DNA of 31,834 bases. Source: a virus (lineage: Duplodnaviria > Caudoviricetes). Below, piece by piece: positions 22,874 to 31,834 of this stretch. A model generated the notes under the pieces. The model saw nothing but the letters and a program-made list of their open reading frames with translations, had not been told where the DNA came from and searched no databases. Made by a program: the position numbers and the translations under genes. Numbering within the stretch: the first letter of the stretch is position 1; each line of letters opens with the position of its first letter. The DNA lies in the IMG/VR virus record IMGVR_UViG_3300032884_000329, positions 1 to 31,834 of that record. The stretch is one strand, 5' to 3'.

Positions 22874-23607
22874 CTCTGCAACTCTGCATGTGTCAGCACT
22901 TTTCCATGATACTCGTTTTTTCCTTCCATTTTCTTTACTCCTGCTCCTTTTACAGTATTGGCAATGATTACAGTTGGTCTTCCATCTGTTTCCACAAACG
23001 AAAAATTAGACAAAATATAATCTATATCGTTCCCCCTAAATGTTTCACTGGTGTCCCACCCAAAACTTTTCCACTTTGCTCTCAAATTAAAAATCATCGT
23101 GGTCTTCCCATCAATCTGCCAACCATTGTAATCCACAATAGCAACCAGGTTATCCAACTTCATGTGAGAGGCATACATAGCCGCTTCCCATACCATTCCC
23201 TCCTGGCATTCACCATCCCCTAGTAGAACATATACCGTACCCTCTTTCTTGTCTAACTTTCGCGCCAAAGCGATACCACACGCAATTGATAGTCCCTGTC
23301 CAAGTGACCCGGTTGATACGGTGATACCCGATCCCTTAACCGGATGCCCCTGCAGACCACCCAACTTGCGGAGCGTGTGTAGTTCTGTGCGGGGAATTAC
23401 TCCCTTTTGACTGAGTACGGAATACAACGCGGGTGCTGCGTGTCCTTTCGATAGGATGAACACATCTTCCGGTTGCATTACCTTGTAATACAATGCTACA
23501 AGGATCTCAACACAGCTGAGCGAACCCCCGGGATGCCCGGACCCCGCTTCGGTTGTCATGGTGAGGATATCATTGCGGGTTTGCTTGCATATTTCATCAA
23601 GGTTCAT
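22861..23607 (-). CDS. Transketolase, N-terminal TPP-binding subunit
   Basis: GHPGGSLS, LSKGH, LQGHP, TGSLGQG, GDGE..EG..WEA...DYN. Confidence 0.95.
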   Translation of the reverse strand: MNLDEICKQTRNDILTMTTEAGSGHPGGSLSCVEILVALYYKVMQPEDVFILSKGHAAPALYSVLSQKGVIPRTELHTLRKLGGLQGHPVKGSGITVSTGSLGQGLSIACGIALARKLDKKEGTVYVLLGDGECQEGMVWEAAMYASHMKLDNLVAIVDYNGWQIDGKTTMIFNLRAKWKSFGWDTSETFRGNDIDYILSNFSFVETDGRPTVIIANTVKGAGVKKMEGKNEYHGKVLTHAELQRCLL

Positions 23608-25244
23608 GTTGTTACTCCAAATTTGCTTTGCTTTGTTGTTTCAACGGGTGCAAACTTTATACCCACAATATCAAAAAAGCGTCCGTTTGGTTTAACCTTT
23701 AATGATATTGGTGTTTTCCAGTATTCGCTTTCTTTTAAAGCATCGGTTACATTCTTTGCATTTCCACCGAATTGCTTTACCGCTGAACGTGCTTTCTCGT
23801 ATGCGTATCCGCTGTGGTCCAAACATAACCACATGGGGTACACTTTTTCAACTTTTAATCCATAATCGTCTTTAAACTCCGAAATAAATTCAATTTTAAG
23901 GCTATCCGGACTTCCTTCTTTCTTGTGCCGGGAGCAATACATACTGGTTATATCGACAAATGTAGACGACACCTGAGATTCCATAACGGCCCCTTCGTAT
24001 GCGGTGCAACCGTGTCTTGCTTCCGGACGTAATGGAAATTCATATTCGCAACGTGGACAGATTAATGCAGAAATATGAACAATTTCCTGACATTCTGGAC
24101 ACATCTTTGCGGGTGCTTCTCCTGTTCCATCGCCTTTTTTTATCTTTGGAGAAACGGAATCAATTGGGCCGTGAAGCATTACATTCCCTCCAAAATCTAA
24201 TACCAGACAATCTTCTTTTTCTGGGTATGTCCTCATCCCACGCCCGATCATCTGCACGTATTTCCCGGTGCTTTTTGTTGCGGTAAGAAGTGCAATCAAG
24301 TCACACATCGGAGAATTGAACCCGGTTGTTAAAACCCCTACATTTACAACGCATTTTAACTTACCTTTTTTAAATCGGTTTATTATTTCATCCCGGTCTG
24401 TTGTATTTGTCGTTCCAATAACAACTTCGCAGTCAATATTGTTCCGGTGTAATTCTTCACACACATGCTGAGCGTGTTTTACACCAGATGCAAAAATCAA
24501 CCACGATTTTCGATTTTCTCCGTAGTGAATTATTTCTTTTACTACATTCTTTACAAGTTCTGGAACATCTGCGGCCCGTTCAAGTTCGTCTTTCTTGTAA
24601 TCTCCCATCTTAATATGAACAGATGATAGGTCAATCTGGTGTAGACCGCCCTTACTAATTACCGGGACAAGATATCCCTGGTCAACCAACTTCTGAATTT
24701 CAACTTCGTAGCATATTCCATCAAATAGCCTGTCTTCTCCTTCGTGGAGTAATCCAGAATCCAAACGATACGGTGTAGCGGTAAGCCCAACACAGGTGAA
24801 ATTTGGGTTTGCAAATTTCATATCTTCCAGGAACCTACCATACTGGGTGTGGGCGTCCCTGGGTATCCGGTGTGCTTCGTCAATAATCACAACGTCTTTC
24901 TTACCAAGGTCAAACACATGGCTGTAAACAGATTGAATGCTTGCAAATGTAATTCTGGCTTGTGTCTGCTTCCTACCAAGCCCTGCACAATAAACCCCGG
25001 TGCTTGATTCAGGATAATGCTCCCGAATCTCTTTCTCGTTTTGATCCACCAATTCCCGGGAGTGTGTTAAACAAACAATCCGGACTTCGGGCCATTCGGT
25101 ACAAATCCGTTTACATAGGTCTGCTATAATAAGTGATTTTCCCGAACCCGTTGGAGCGGAAACAAGACAATGCTTTCCCTTTTCTTTGTCCCAAAAATCA
25201 TATATGGCTGCAATTGCCTCGTTTTGATAAGTACGGAGAATCAT
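23604..25244 (-). CDS. SF2 DExH helicase (YejH/RadD-like) with Zn finger
   Basis: PTGSGKS, DEAH, TAT, QMIGRGMR, CPEC...CPRC. Confidence 0.95.
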   Translation of the reverse strand: MILRTYQNEAIAAIYDFWDKEKGKHCLVSAPTGSGKSLIIADLCKRICTEWPEVRIVCLTHSRELVDQNEKEIREHYPESSTGVYCAGLGRKQTQARITFASIQSVYSHVFDLGKKDVVIIDEAHRIPRDAHTQYGRFLEDMKFANPNFTCVGLTATPYRLDSGLLHEGEDRLFDGICYEVEIQKLVDQGYLVPVISKGGLHQIDLSSVHIKMGDYKKDELERAADVPELVKNVVKEIIHYGENRKSWLIFASGVKHAQHVCEELHRNNIDCEVVIGTTNTTDRDEIINRFKKGKLKCVVNVGVLTTGFNSPMCDLIALLTATKSTGKYVQMIGRGMRTYPEKEDCLVLDFGGNVMLHGPIDSVSPKIKKGDGTGEAPAKMCPECQEIVHISALICPRCEYEFPLRPEARHGCTAYEGAVMESQVSSTFVDITSMYCSRHKKEGSPDSLKIEFISEFKDDYGLKVEKVYPMWLCLDHSGYAYEKARSAVKQFGGNAKNVTDALKESEYWKTPISLKVKPNGRFFDIVGIKFAPVETTKQSKFGVTT

Positions 25245-26185
25245 TGAATATACCCCTGTAAGTCTTTGCTCGCAATCTCTCCCGGGCCGTTGGTGATTAA
25301 TCCATAGGATATAGTTCCCGTATCTGGATTAGAGTCTGTTTGTTCAAGTGGAACAACGCTTGGCAGGAAAATATGTTTATCACACGCTTGCCTCTGCTGG
25401 TAACTACAAATCTTTTCCTCTTTGCATGTCCAGGTTCCATCTCTTTCTGGTGTAGCGTGTGCGCAGGTCCTACAACTCACTTCGGGTAATTTATTTTCGT
25501 AGCACAAATCCTTGTGGTCACAGAATTTGCAGGTGAAGATAGTTGAACTATCGCTGAGCTTGATGAATGGTTCGTCTGAAAATATTACACCCTCTGCTTT
25601 ACGGATTAACTTCTTTACAACGTCTTTGTTGTAATATATGCGCTCGCCATACACATCATCGGTTTCTTTATTTACACAGAAATAATAAGCCCGTTCTAAT
25701 CCGGACCAGTGCATGTAACATTGAACCTGGCAATAGTGTTCGTATTTTGTTTTTTCAACCCCGTTCTTTTTTAGTTGGTTGAAAGACTTCGTATTGGCAG
25801 TCTTAAATTCCAAGACATGCCATTGGGAAGACTCTTCAAACCCGCAACCGATTCCATCAAGCGACCCCGCAAAATGTCCACCGAACTCTTCGTAGTATAT
25901 CTGTAGCCCGGTTTCAGGATCACGGTCATAAACGGTACATCCAATATCACGGAGATTTTTTACAAGTCGTGATTCCTGCCGGTTTCCGGTTTCAAATAGC
26001 CGTAACACCCTACCGCTGAAATTTGGGTTAGAACACCACCGGAACGTATACCAAAGACTTCGCTCGCAATACCGTCCGATTAATGATGCTCCAAGGTGGT
26101 CCCTTCGCCAATCCCCGGAATTTTTCTCGTAAAATGAGAAGATTTTATCTACCGTTGGTAGCATTACTTCTGGAAGTTCAACCAT
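25241..26185 (-). CDS. Cas4/YqaJ-like PD-(D/E)xK exonuclease
   Basis: GAS..G..CER, GSLDG, LEFKT, Q.Q.YM, CKFC..C. Confidence 0.85.
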   Translation of the reverse strand: MVELPEVMLPTVDKIFSFYEKNSGDWRRDHLGASLIGRYCERSLWYTFRWCSNPNFSGRVLRLFETGNRQESRLVKNLRDIGCTVYDRDPETGLQIYYEEFGGHFAGSLDGIGCGFEESSQWHVLEFKTANTKSFNQLKKNGVEKTKYEHYCQVQCYMHWSGLERAYYFCVNKETDDVYGERIYYNKDVVKKLIRKAEGVIFSDEPFIKLSDSSTIFTCKFCDHKDLCYENKLPEVSCRTCAHATPERDGTWTCKEEKICSYQQRQACDKHIFLPSVVPLEQTDSNPDTGTISYGLITNGPGEIASKDLQGYIQ

Positions 26186-26832
26186 TATGGGGACTCTCCA
26201 TGTTCAAATCTGGCAGACCTTGCTTTTGAATATGCACCCAAAATATCTTGGTAAGCCCGCGGTGTTGGTATAAATTCTGTTTCTATTTTCCAATCCTGCT
26301 CCATGTGAGATGTATCTAAATACTCAACCGTTTTTGAAACATCTTTAAAAAATGTCCAAAAATGTGAATATGACATCATTTCTAAATATGGAGAATTTGG
26401 TAAAAACATGGTCCATAATTTGTGTAATCCTTTATGATGTTGTATAATTGGATGAAAATATACACCACCAGAATTACCATTTGGAATGTCACCCAATAAT
26501 AACAACCCGGGTGTTTCTGATATATCACCATATCTACTTAATAAAAACGAATCGCTAAATCCTGGTAGACATCCCCCAAAGTCATGTAACCGTCTAAATT
26601 TGTTTCTATCTTTAAAAAGTGCAAGTGGATCTCCCTTTACTTCTACCCATGTTTCAGATGTTGGTAAATAAAAATCTGGAAGATATTTTTCTCCATTGTT
26701 TTCAAACCCATCTAATTCATATTGATACGGTATCTTTAACGCATCAAAAAACACGGCCCATCTTGCTTCAAGTCTGGACCTGAAATTGTAACCATTATAT
26801 TTTGTCTGAATTGGTTTTATTTCTACCATCAT
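26185..26832 (-). CDS. PD-(D/E)xK-fold nuclease-like protein
   Basis: FRSRLEARWA, YLPDFYLP, VEVKG; AT-rich. Confidence 0.75.
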   Translation of the reverse strand: MMVEIKPIQTKYNGYNFRSRLEARWAVFFDALKIPYQYELDGFENNGEKYLPDFYLPTSETWVEVKGDPLALFKDRNKFRRLHDFGGCLPGFSDSFLLSRYGDISETPGLLLLGDIPNGNSGGVYFHPIIQHHKGLHKLWTMFLPNSPYLEMMSYSHFWTFFKDVSKTVEYLDTSHMEQDWKIETEFIPTPRAYQDILGAYSKARSARFEHGESP

Positions 26833-26848
26833 TCACCAAAAAAAATGT

Positions 26849-27319
26849 TTATTTTTTCTCCCAGGGCTTCTTTGATCCTGAGGGCTTGTCTTCGCTCTTT
26901 GGTGAAGATGGTGTTGCAGCGGAGTCAAGTTTCTTGTACTCCTTCACAACGTTGGTAGCCTGGAACTCGTCATTTCCCGGCCTGATCCCAATCTTTACCA
27001 CAAATGGTTTGTTGTGGAGCTCGTCAGAGTCCGTTGGATGAAGAACATTAACCGCTCTGCAGATGGATGACAGTGACCGCTGTGCAATTTCCTTTGCCGT
27101 GGCATTCTTGTTGTCCAGGTTCAAGCGGTCAAACACCTTGCGCCCGCGGTATTCGGTATCATCAACGACATCGTATACCAACTGCAGGTATTTTCCCTCT
27201 TTGTTCTTCGTGTCTTTCATTTCACTGGCGCTGATTACAACGGTGTATTCTCCAAGTGGAAGCGGTTCAAATGAGCCAAGTGGCTCGTACTGTTCTGCAT
27301 CAAAATCAATTTTCGTCAT
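26849..27319 (-). CDS. DUF669-like ssDNA-binding protein
   Basis: FEPLPLGEY.v.I, GRKVFDRLNL, C-terminal KPW; position next to a Sak4-like gene. Confidence 0.8.
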   Translation of the reverse strand: MTKIDFDAEQYEPLGSFEPLPLGEYTVVISASEMKDTKNKEGKYLQLVYDVVDDTEYRGRKVFDRLNLDNKNATAKEIAQRSLSSICRAVNVLHPTDSDELHNKPFVVKIGIRPGNDEFQATNVVKEYKKLDSAATPSSPKSEDKPSGSKKPWEKK

Positions 27320-28069
27320 TTAATTACTCTCCGTCTTTGGAAGATATTTCTCAAATTCTGTCCAATCCAGTTGAATTAAGTCTGGCATACTGTAACGGTT
27401 CTTTGCGGTATATGCTGCGGATCCGGTGAGATGTAATACACGCTCTCCGGTTGATATCGCCCGGTTTCTCTTTTCTCCGAATCCGGATTCTTCTGTCTTT
27501 AACAGGGTTTTCAGTGAAGCGAACCCAACGACATCGGAATATTCCTCAGCAATTGCAGCAGCTCTACGGTGGAGTTTGAGGCCATGCGTATCGTATGCGG
27601 GGTGTTCCGGGTCCTCTACCCTGGTGATTGTTCCATGAGCAATCATTACAATGGTCATGTTTTTGTAATCACGAAGTGCTGTAACGTATTTATAGAACTC
27701 TCTCCATTCGGTTGCTGACTCCACATAACCTTTCCCATATCCGGGGGCCTCTATACTCGATACTCCCAGACGCTTGCACGTTGCTGCCCATACGAGTGGC
27801 TCTAACCAATCAAGGCTGTCAATAATAACAGTCTGGAATTTGTGGTCCTCCCTTCCAAGGGTTGCGAGTGCTTCCAATACATCATCATAAGACGTTGCCA
27901 GTGGAAATTTTGGTACATCCAAATCGCCAAGTCCATCTTCTGTCAGGATATAGATTGGGTTTTTGGAGTGCGATGCAAATGTTGTCTTCCCGATTCCTGA
28001 CGGACCATATATAATAATCCGTGGTGGCTTCGGGCTATTTTTCGATATGCTTTTCAAGTCGATAGACAT
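27320..28069 (-). CDS. Sak4-like AAA_24 ATPase (phage recombinase)
   Basis: GPSGIGKT, IIDSLDWLE, GYGKGY, IAH, AKNRY. Confidence 0.88.
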   Translation of the reverse strand: MSIDLKSISKNSPKPPRIIIYGPSGIGKTTFASHSKNPIYILTEDGLGDLDVPKFPLATSYDDVLEALATLGREDHKFQTVIIDSLDWLEPLVWAATCKRLGVSSIEAPGYGKGYVESATEWREFYKYVTALRDYKNMTIVMIAHGTITRVEDPEHPAYDTHGLKLHRRAAAIAEEYSDVVGFASLKTLLKTEESGFGEKRNRAISTGERVLHLTGSAAYTAKNRYSMPDLIQLDWTEFEKYLPKTESN

Positions 28070-28150
28070 TGATTGATTTACTCCTTTGATCGTTCGTTCG
28101 GTAGGTTGGGTTCTGTAACCAAAACTACAATCTATCGTTATCTCTAATGG

Positions 28151-28194
28151 TATTTATATGTTACCAGAATAAAAATATTCACAAAACTTATATA
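28151..28194. promoter_or_regulatory. Divergent archaeal promoters
   Basis: TATAAATA on minus (28151-28158) towards the long leftward operon; TTATATA on plus (28188-28194) 23 nt before ATG 28218. Confidence 0.6.
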
Positions 28195-28217
28195 CTTGGA
28201 AGAATAATTACTTGTCC

Positions 28218-28391
28218 ATGCTCACCTTGGAAGAGATTATTGTTATTTTACAGGATAGAAATTTAAATGAAGTATCCAGAAGAACAGGGCTTGCGTATCC
28301 AACAGTTTGGAGAATAGCAAACAATCAGGCCGGTAACGTTGGTTACGAATCGGTAAAAAAAATATCTGACTACCTTGAAAATAAAAAATAG
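28218..28391 (+). CDS. Cro/XRE-like HTH protein (57 aa)
   Basis: Hand translation: LNEVSRRTGLAYPTVWRIANN...VKKISDYL; missed by the ORF track. Confidence 0.8.
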   Translation: MLTLEEIIVILQDRNLNEVSRRTGLAYPTVWRIANNQAGNVGYESVKKISDYLENKK

Positions 28392-28400
28392 GTGCTGCAT

Positions 28401-30719
28401 ATGACAATGTATGATGCAGCGAAATATTATATCGAGTCTTATAACTGGGTTCTGGTCCCAATACCCCCCGGAACAAAAGCTCCAACACAACCCGGATGGA
28501 ACATCCGTGAAAATTGTATAACTACGGTTGAAGGATGCGATTTCTTCAAAGAACATCCTGATTACAACATGGGGCTATTATTATCAGAATCCGGAATTGT
28601 AGCACTTGATATCGACCACATAAAGAACACCAAATCTGTATTCAATACTCTTGGAATAGATTATAAGAAAATAATTGACAGCGCACCACGTATTTCCGGA
28701 AGACCAAACCACGATAAAGTATTATTCAAATTACCAAAAGGAGTAATACTTACAAGAAAAGCACTTGCTTGGCCAACAAAAGAAGATCCAACCAAAACCG
28801 AAGTTGTATTTGAACTTCGTGGTGGGGCAATCCAGGATGTATTACCACCATCAATCCACCCAGATACAAAAAAGGAATATGGTTGGATAAAAGATCCCAA
28901 CGATGGAATCCCAGAGCTTCCAAAAGAATTGCTTACAATTTGGAAGGAGTGGGATAAATTCAAGAAGGAATTGGTTGATGCGTGTCCCTGGTGTGAAAAG
29001 AAAAAAATATCACCACCATCGAAAACCAGAATGCTTGGTAAAACGAGCGAAGATGTTATTGGAACCTTTAATGCAAACAATAATGTTGAGGATCTTCTTG
29101 AAAAATACAATTACAAGCGTACACCCGGTGGTAGATATCTTTCCCCATATAGCACATCTGGAATTGCCGGGGTAATTGTATTTAAAAACGAAAACAAGAT
29201 TTTTTCACATCATGGGAGCGACCCATTTGATACATCTCACTCATTGGACGCATTTGATTTATTCAGCCACTTTGAACACAACGGAGATATTACATCTGCA
29301 GTAAAAACTGCAAGTAAAATTTTAAATATTGGTAAATCGGTATCATACGACCCAGAAATGATAAATCATGGAAGAGAAGTCTTTGAATCTTGGAGTAAAA
29401 ACAAAGAAGATAAAACAGCAGAAAAAGTTCCAGAGTATTTATTAAGTATTCCGGGGGTTCTACAGGATGTTGTGGAATATTACAATACCACGGCTCCAAA
29501 AACACAACCACAATTTGCCGTTCAATCTGCATTGGCTGTGGGTGCAACGGTACTTGGTAGGAGATATAGAACCGACCAGAATAATTATTCAAGTCTTTAT
29601 TTGCTTAATATTGGAAAGTCTTCAACCGGGAAAGAACATGGTAAACGGGTTATAGAAAAAATTCTTACCGATGCTGGTGTTGACGATCTTATAGGCCCAA
29701 GCGGATATACATCTTCTGGTGGTGTTCTATCGGCTTTAATTGAAAGACCATGCCACGTTTCAATAATTGACGAATTTGGTAGGTTGATGGAAAGCATAGG
29801 TAAAGCCGGTAGTGCAAATAAACTTGATGCCCAGACAACAATAATGGAAGCATTTGGTAGACTTGATGGAATACTTCGTGCCCAGGGGTATAGTTCAATG
29901 ACCCTTACAAAGACACAAAAGGACCAGGAGGGTATAAAACAAGTTCATAGTCCTGCTCTCACTATTGTTGCAATGACAACCCCATCTACGTTCTATTCTT
30001 CTATAACAAGCAACTCAATTAAGAGTGGTCTTGTTCCAAGATTTCTTGTTGTTGAATCGGATGTTGGAAGACAGCTAAGTAGACAAATTGTTGAAACAGA
30101 TCCAAGTCCAAGATTATTAGAATGGGTTAAAAAAAGATCGGTTGCATATAATACAAATGGTGGAAACCTGGTTGAAGACTTTGGTGCGAAAAAGCCACCA
30201 TTACCCATTGTTGTTTTCTTTGAATCAGAATGCTGGCCTATGTTAAGAAAATATGATCAATATGTTCTTGATATGATGGACGAGTATGAGAAATTTGGAC
30301 TTGATGAAATGTTTGGTAAGTCAAAGGAGATTGCACAACGCATTTCTTTAATTGTTGCGGTGTCGTGCCAATCAGATACAATAAAAGCCGAGCATGTAAA
30401 ATGGGCCATAAAATATGTAAAATTCTATAATTTACAAACTGTTAATAGATTGAAGAATATTATGAGTGATTCAGACTTTGAAGCGGGATGTAAGGAAGTA
30501 CTGGAAAAGATAATTGAAAGTGGAATGAAAGGTGCAACATCGCGTGATATCTCCAGGAAGTCAAGCAAATTCAGGGCAATGGATATAAAACAGAGGGAAA
30601 GTATGTTCAAGGTGTTGTTAGAAGACCACGGAGTTGAATTAAAAGAAATACCACAACCGCGTGGAGCTCCAAGACACGCATATCTCTACCCTGCGGATGG
30701 GGATGATGTAATACAATAA
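28401..30719 (+). CDS. Bifunctional primase-polymerase (AEP Prim-Pol) fused to DUF3987/YfjI-like helicase
   Basis: K.P...GW, NMG, ALDID, PPSIHP; Walker A GKSSTGKE, Walker B IIDEFG; ATG 28401 after GGTG. Confidence 0.88.
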   Translation: MTMYDAAKYYIESYNWVLVPIPPGTKAPTQPGWNIRENCITTVEGCDFFKEHPDYNMGLLLSESGIVALDIDHIKNTKSVFNTLGIDYKKIIDSAPRISGRPNHDKVLFKLPKGVILTRKALAWPTKEDPTKTEVVFELRGGAIQDVLPPSIHPDTKKEYGWIKDPNDGIPELPKELLTIWKEWDKFKKELVDACPWCEKKKISPPSKTRMLGKTSEDVIGTFNANNNVEDLLEKYNYKRTPGGRYLSPYSTSGIAGVIVFKNENKIFSHHGSDPFDTSHSLDAFDLFSHFEHNGDITSAVKTASKILNIGKSVSYDPEMINHGREVFESWSKNKEDKTAEKVPEYLLSIPGVLQDVVEYYNTTAPKTQPQFAVQSALAVGATVLGRRYRTDQNNYSSLYLLNIGKSSTGKEHGKRVIEKILTDAGVDDLIGPSGYTSSGGVLSALIERPCHVSIIDEFGRLMESIGKAGSANKLDAQTTIMEAFGRLDGILRAQGYSSMTLTKTQKDQEGIKQVHSPALTIVAMTTPSTFYSSITSNSIKSGLVPRFLVVESDVGRQLSRQIVETDPSPRLLEWVKKRSVAYNTNGGNLVEDFGAKKPPLPIVVFFESECWPMLRKYDQYVLDMMDEYEKFGLDEMFGKSKEIAQRISLIVAVSCQSDTIKAEHVKWAIKYVKFYNLQTVNRLKNIMSDSDFEAGCKEVLEKIIESGMKGATSRDISRKSSKFRAMDIKQRESMFKVLLEDHGVELKEIPQPRGAPRHAYLYPADGDDVIQ

Positions 30720-30779
30720 TGTAATCTAATAAACTAAAATTGTTTTAACTAAAGTTTACTTTATTTTTTCTGCAAAAGT

Positions 30780-31155
30780 TTTTGACACATATCGGTTTTT
30801 GTAAAAAACGATTTCTAAAAATTGGGATTTGTTTTACAAAACAACCTACCTTTGGTGTTTGTTTGATTTGTGTCATTGTGTCATGAAAAATAGGGGGTGT
30901 TCCATGTCCTCCCTATTACACGCGTGTACACGCGTGATCACACAGGGGGGTAATACTTAGACATAAATAAAAAAAAAAAAAAATATTATTATATATATAG
31001 AGTAAATTAAGAATGGACTTCGTTTTGGTTTTTAATTTTTTTTTAATTGTGTCATTTGGTGTTTGACACAAATAGACACATAAAACATATCCAACAACAA
31101 AGGTAGGCTGAAATGTTAAAAGAAGGTTGTATTATTTAGGAATGGTCTTGACACA
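30780..31155. repeat. Candidate replication origin with TGTGTCA iterons, palindrome and AT-rich tract
   Basis: Six TGTGTCA/TGACACA copies, 18-bp palindrome at 30919-30936, long A-run and TA repeats at about 30965-31000. Confidence 0.6.
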
Positions 31156-31278
31156 ATTCATTTCCGGTGGGTACCCCGGTCTGGGCTTATCCTTCCCACA
31201 CCAGGGTTCATGTTTACAGCCCCTACATTCACCAGGTTCAACTTTGTACCCGGTAGACCTGTAATCCCCCAACTTCAA
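31132..31278 (-). CDS. 48-aa four-Cys peptide (TTG start)
   Basis: TTGA overlap with the upstream stop; CRGC...C...C. Confidence 0.5.
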   Translation of the reverse strand: MKLGDYRSTGYKVEPGECRGCKHEPWCGKDKPRPGYPPEMNCVKTIPK

Positions 31279-31598
31279 CAGACAGGGCATTCCTTCACAT
31301 CCCATATCGTTGTATAGCGGGTCTTAACCAGGAGTGGGTAATTCCTTTTAGCGATAATAAGGTGAACCCGGCGAATCACCGACATCTTATACTTCGGTTC
31401 TCGCACCTTCGGATGCTTCAGACTCCCGAACATCGTAATAAAAATCTCTGTGAGGTATAGTTTACCGTTAAGTTCCGGGTCGGTCCTTGCAGCGAGAATG
31501 GTTTTTTCAAGTGCATCTTCCAACATCTCATCTGGAATAACCCGCAACGGATCCTTTTCATCAGCCCTCTCTCTTCGTATCCTACATGCACTATTCAT
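31275..31598 (-). CDS. Hypothetical protein
   Basis: 107 aa ORF, ATGA overlap with the upstream gene. Confidence 0.65.
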   Translation of the reverse strand: MNSACRIRRERADEKDPLRVIPDEMLEDALEKTILAARTDPELNGKLYLTEIFITMFGSLKHPKVREPKYKMSVIRRVHLIIAKRNYPLLVKTRYTTIWDVKECPVC

Positions 31599-31834
31599 TC
31601 CATGTGCCTCTTAATCCGGTTAATCGCTTCCGGAGTAAGTTGGTATTCATTCACACGCCCTCGGTGAACCATCCGGTACTTATTCAGGATCCCACACAAT
31701 ACAAGTTTCTGAATGTGAGAACGGAACCCCGGATATTCAACTTCAATCTCAGCGCACTGGAACTTCCTGGGACCTACGAGATTAAGAATATCCTGTGCCA
31801 TAAGATAATTCTCACCAGATGTGGACATAATCAT
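31595..31834 (-). CDS. Small winged-helix-like protein
   Basis: ...SHIQKLVLCGIL.......YQLTPE pattern typical of wHTH wings. Confidence 0.55.
   Translation of the reverse strand: MIMSTSGENYLMAQDILNLVGPRKFQCAEIEVEYPGFRSHIQKLVLCGILNKYRMVHRGRVNEYQLTPEAINRIKRHME

Noticed and set aside
22369-23223. 284-aa plus-strand ORF and other antisense ORFs in the track
   Set aside because: Shadow frames of clearly recognisable genes on the opposite strand
25241-26185. CRISPR-Cas system suggested by the Cas4-like gene
   Set aside because: No repeat-spacer array or other cas genes; the context is a phage recombination module

Overview
This is most likely a large part (possibly most) of the genome of a virus or virus-like episome of an archaeon. 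The evidence is GGAGGTGATC/GGTGA ribosome-binding sites, TATA boxes 22-27 nt before leaderless ATGs, and a 13-PKD surface protein of the style seen in methanogens (host group is inference). No terminase, portal, HK97 or jelly-roll capsid, tail, DNA polymerase or packaging ATPase was recognised. The rightward arm (1-19404) carries small accessory genes (ASCH, HNH, serine resolvase with a candidate res site). It also carries a 1808-aa polyvalent protein (HEXXH zincin motif, hydrophobic segment, R-S-E ADP-ribosyltransferase domain, 18 hexapeptide repeats), many tiny basic ORFs missed by the ORF track, and a block of membrane proteins: two paralogous two-helix capsid-like candidates and two Gly-rich/PKD adhesins, suggesting an enveloped or spindle-type particle. 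The leftward arm (28069-19715) is one apparent operon in which a phage-type recombination/replication module (Sak4-like AAA, DUF669, Cas4-like nuclease, SF2 helicase) runs directly into a partial heptose pathway (split transketolase, GmhA, GmhB, GT4 glycosyltransferase). A divergent Cro-like gene and a primase-helicase are followed by a repeat-rich candidate origin. All family calls are by eye from motifs; no searches were run. The window is cut exactly at start codons at both ends, so missing genes may lie outside it.
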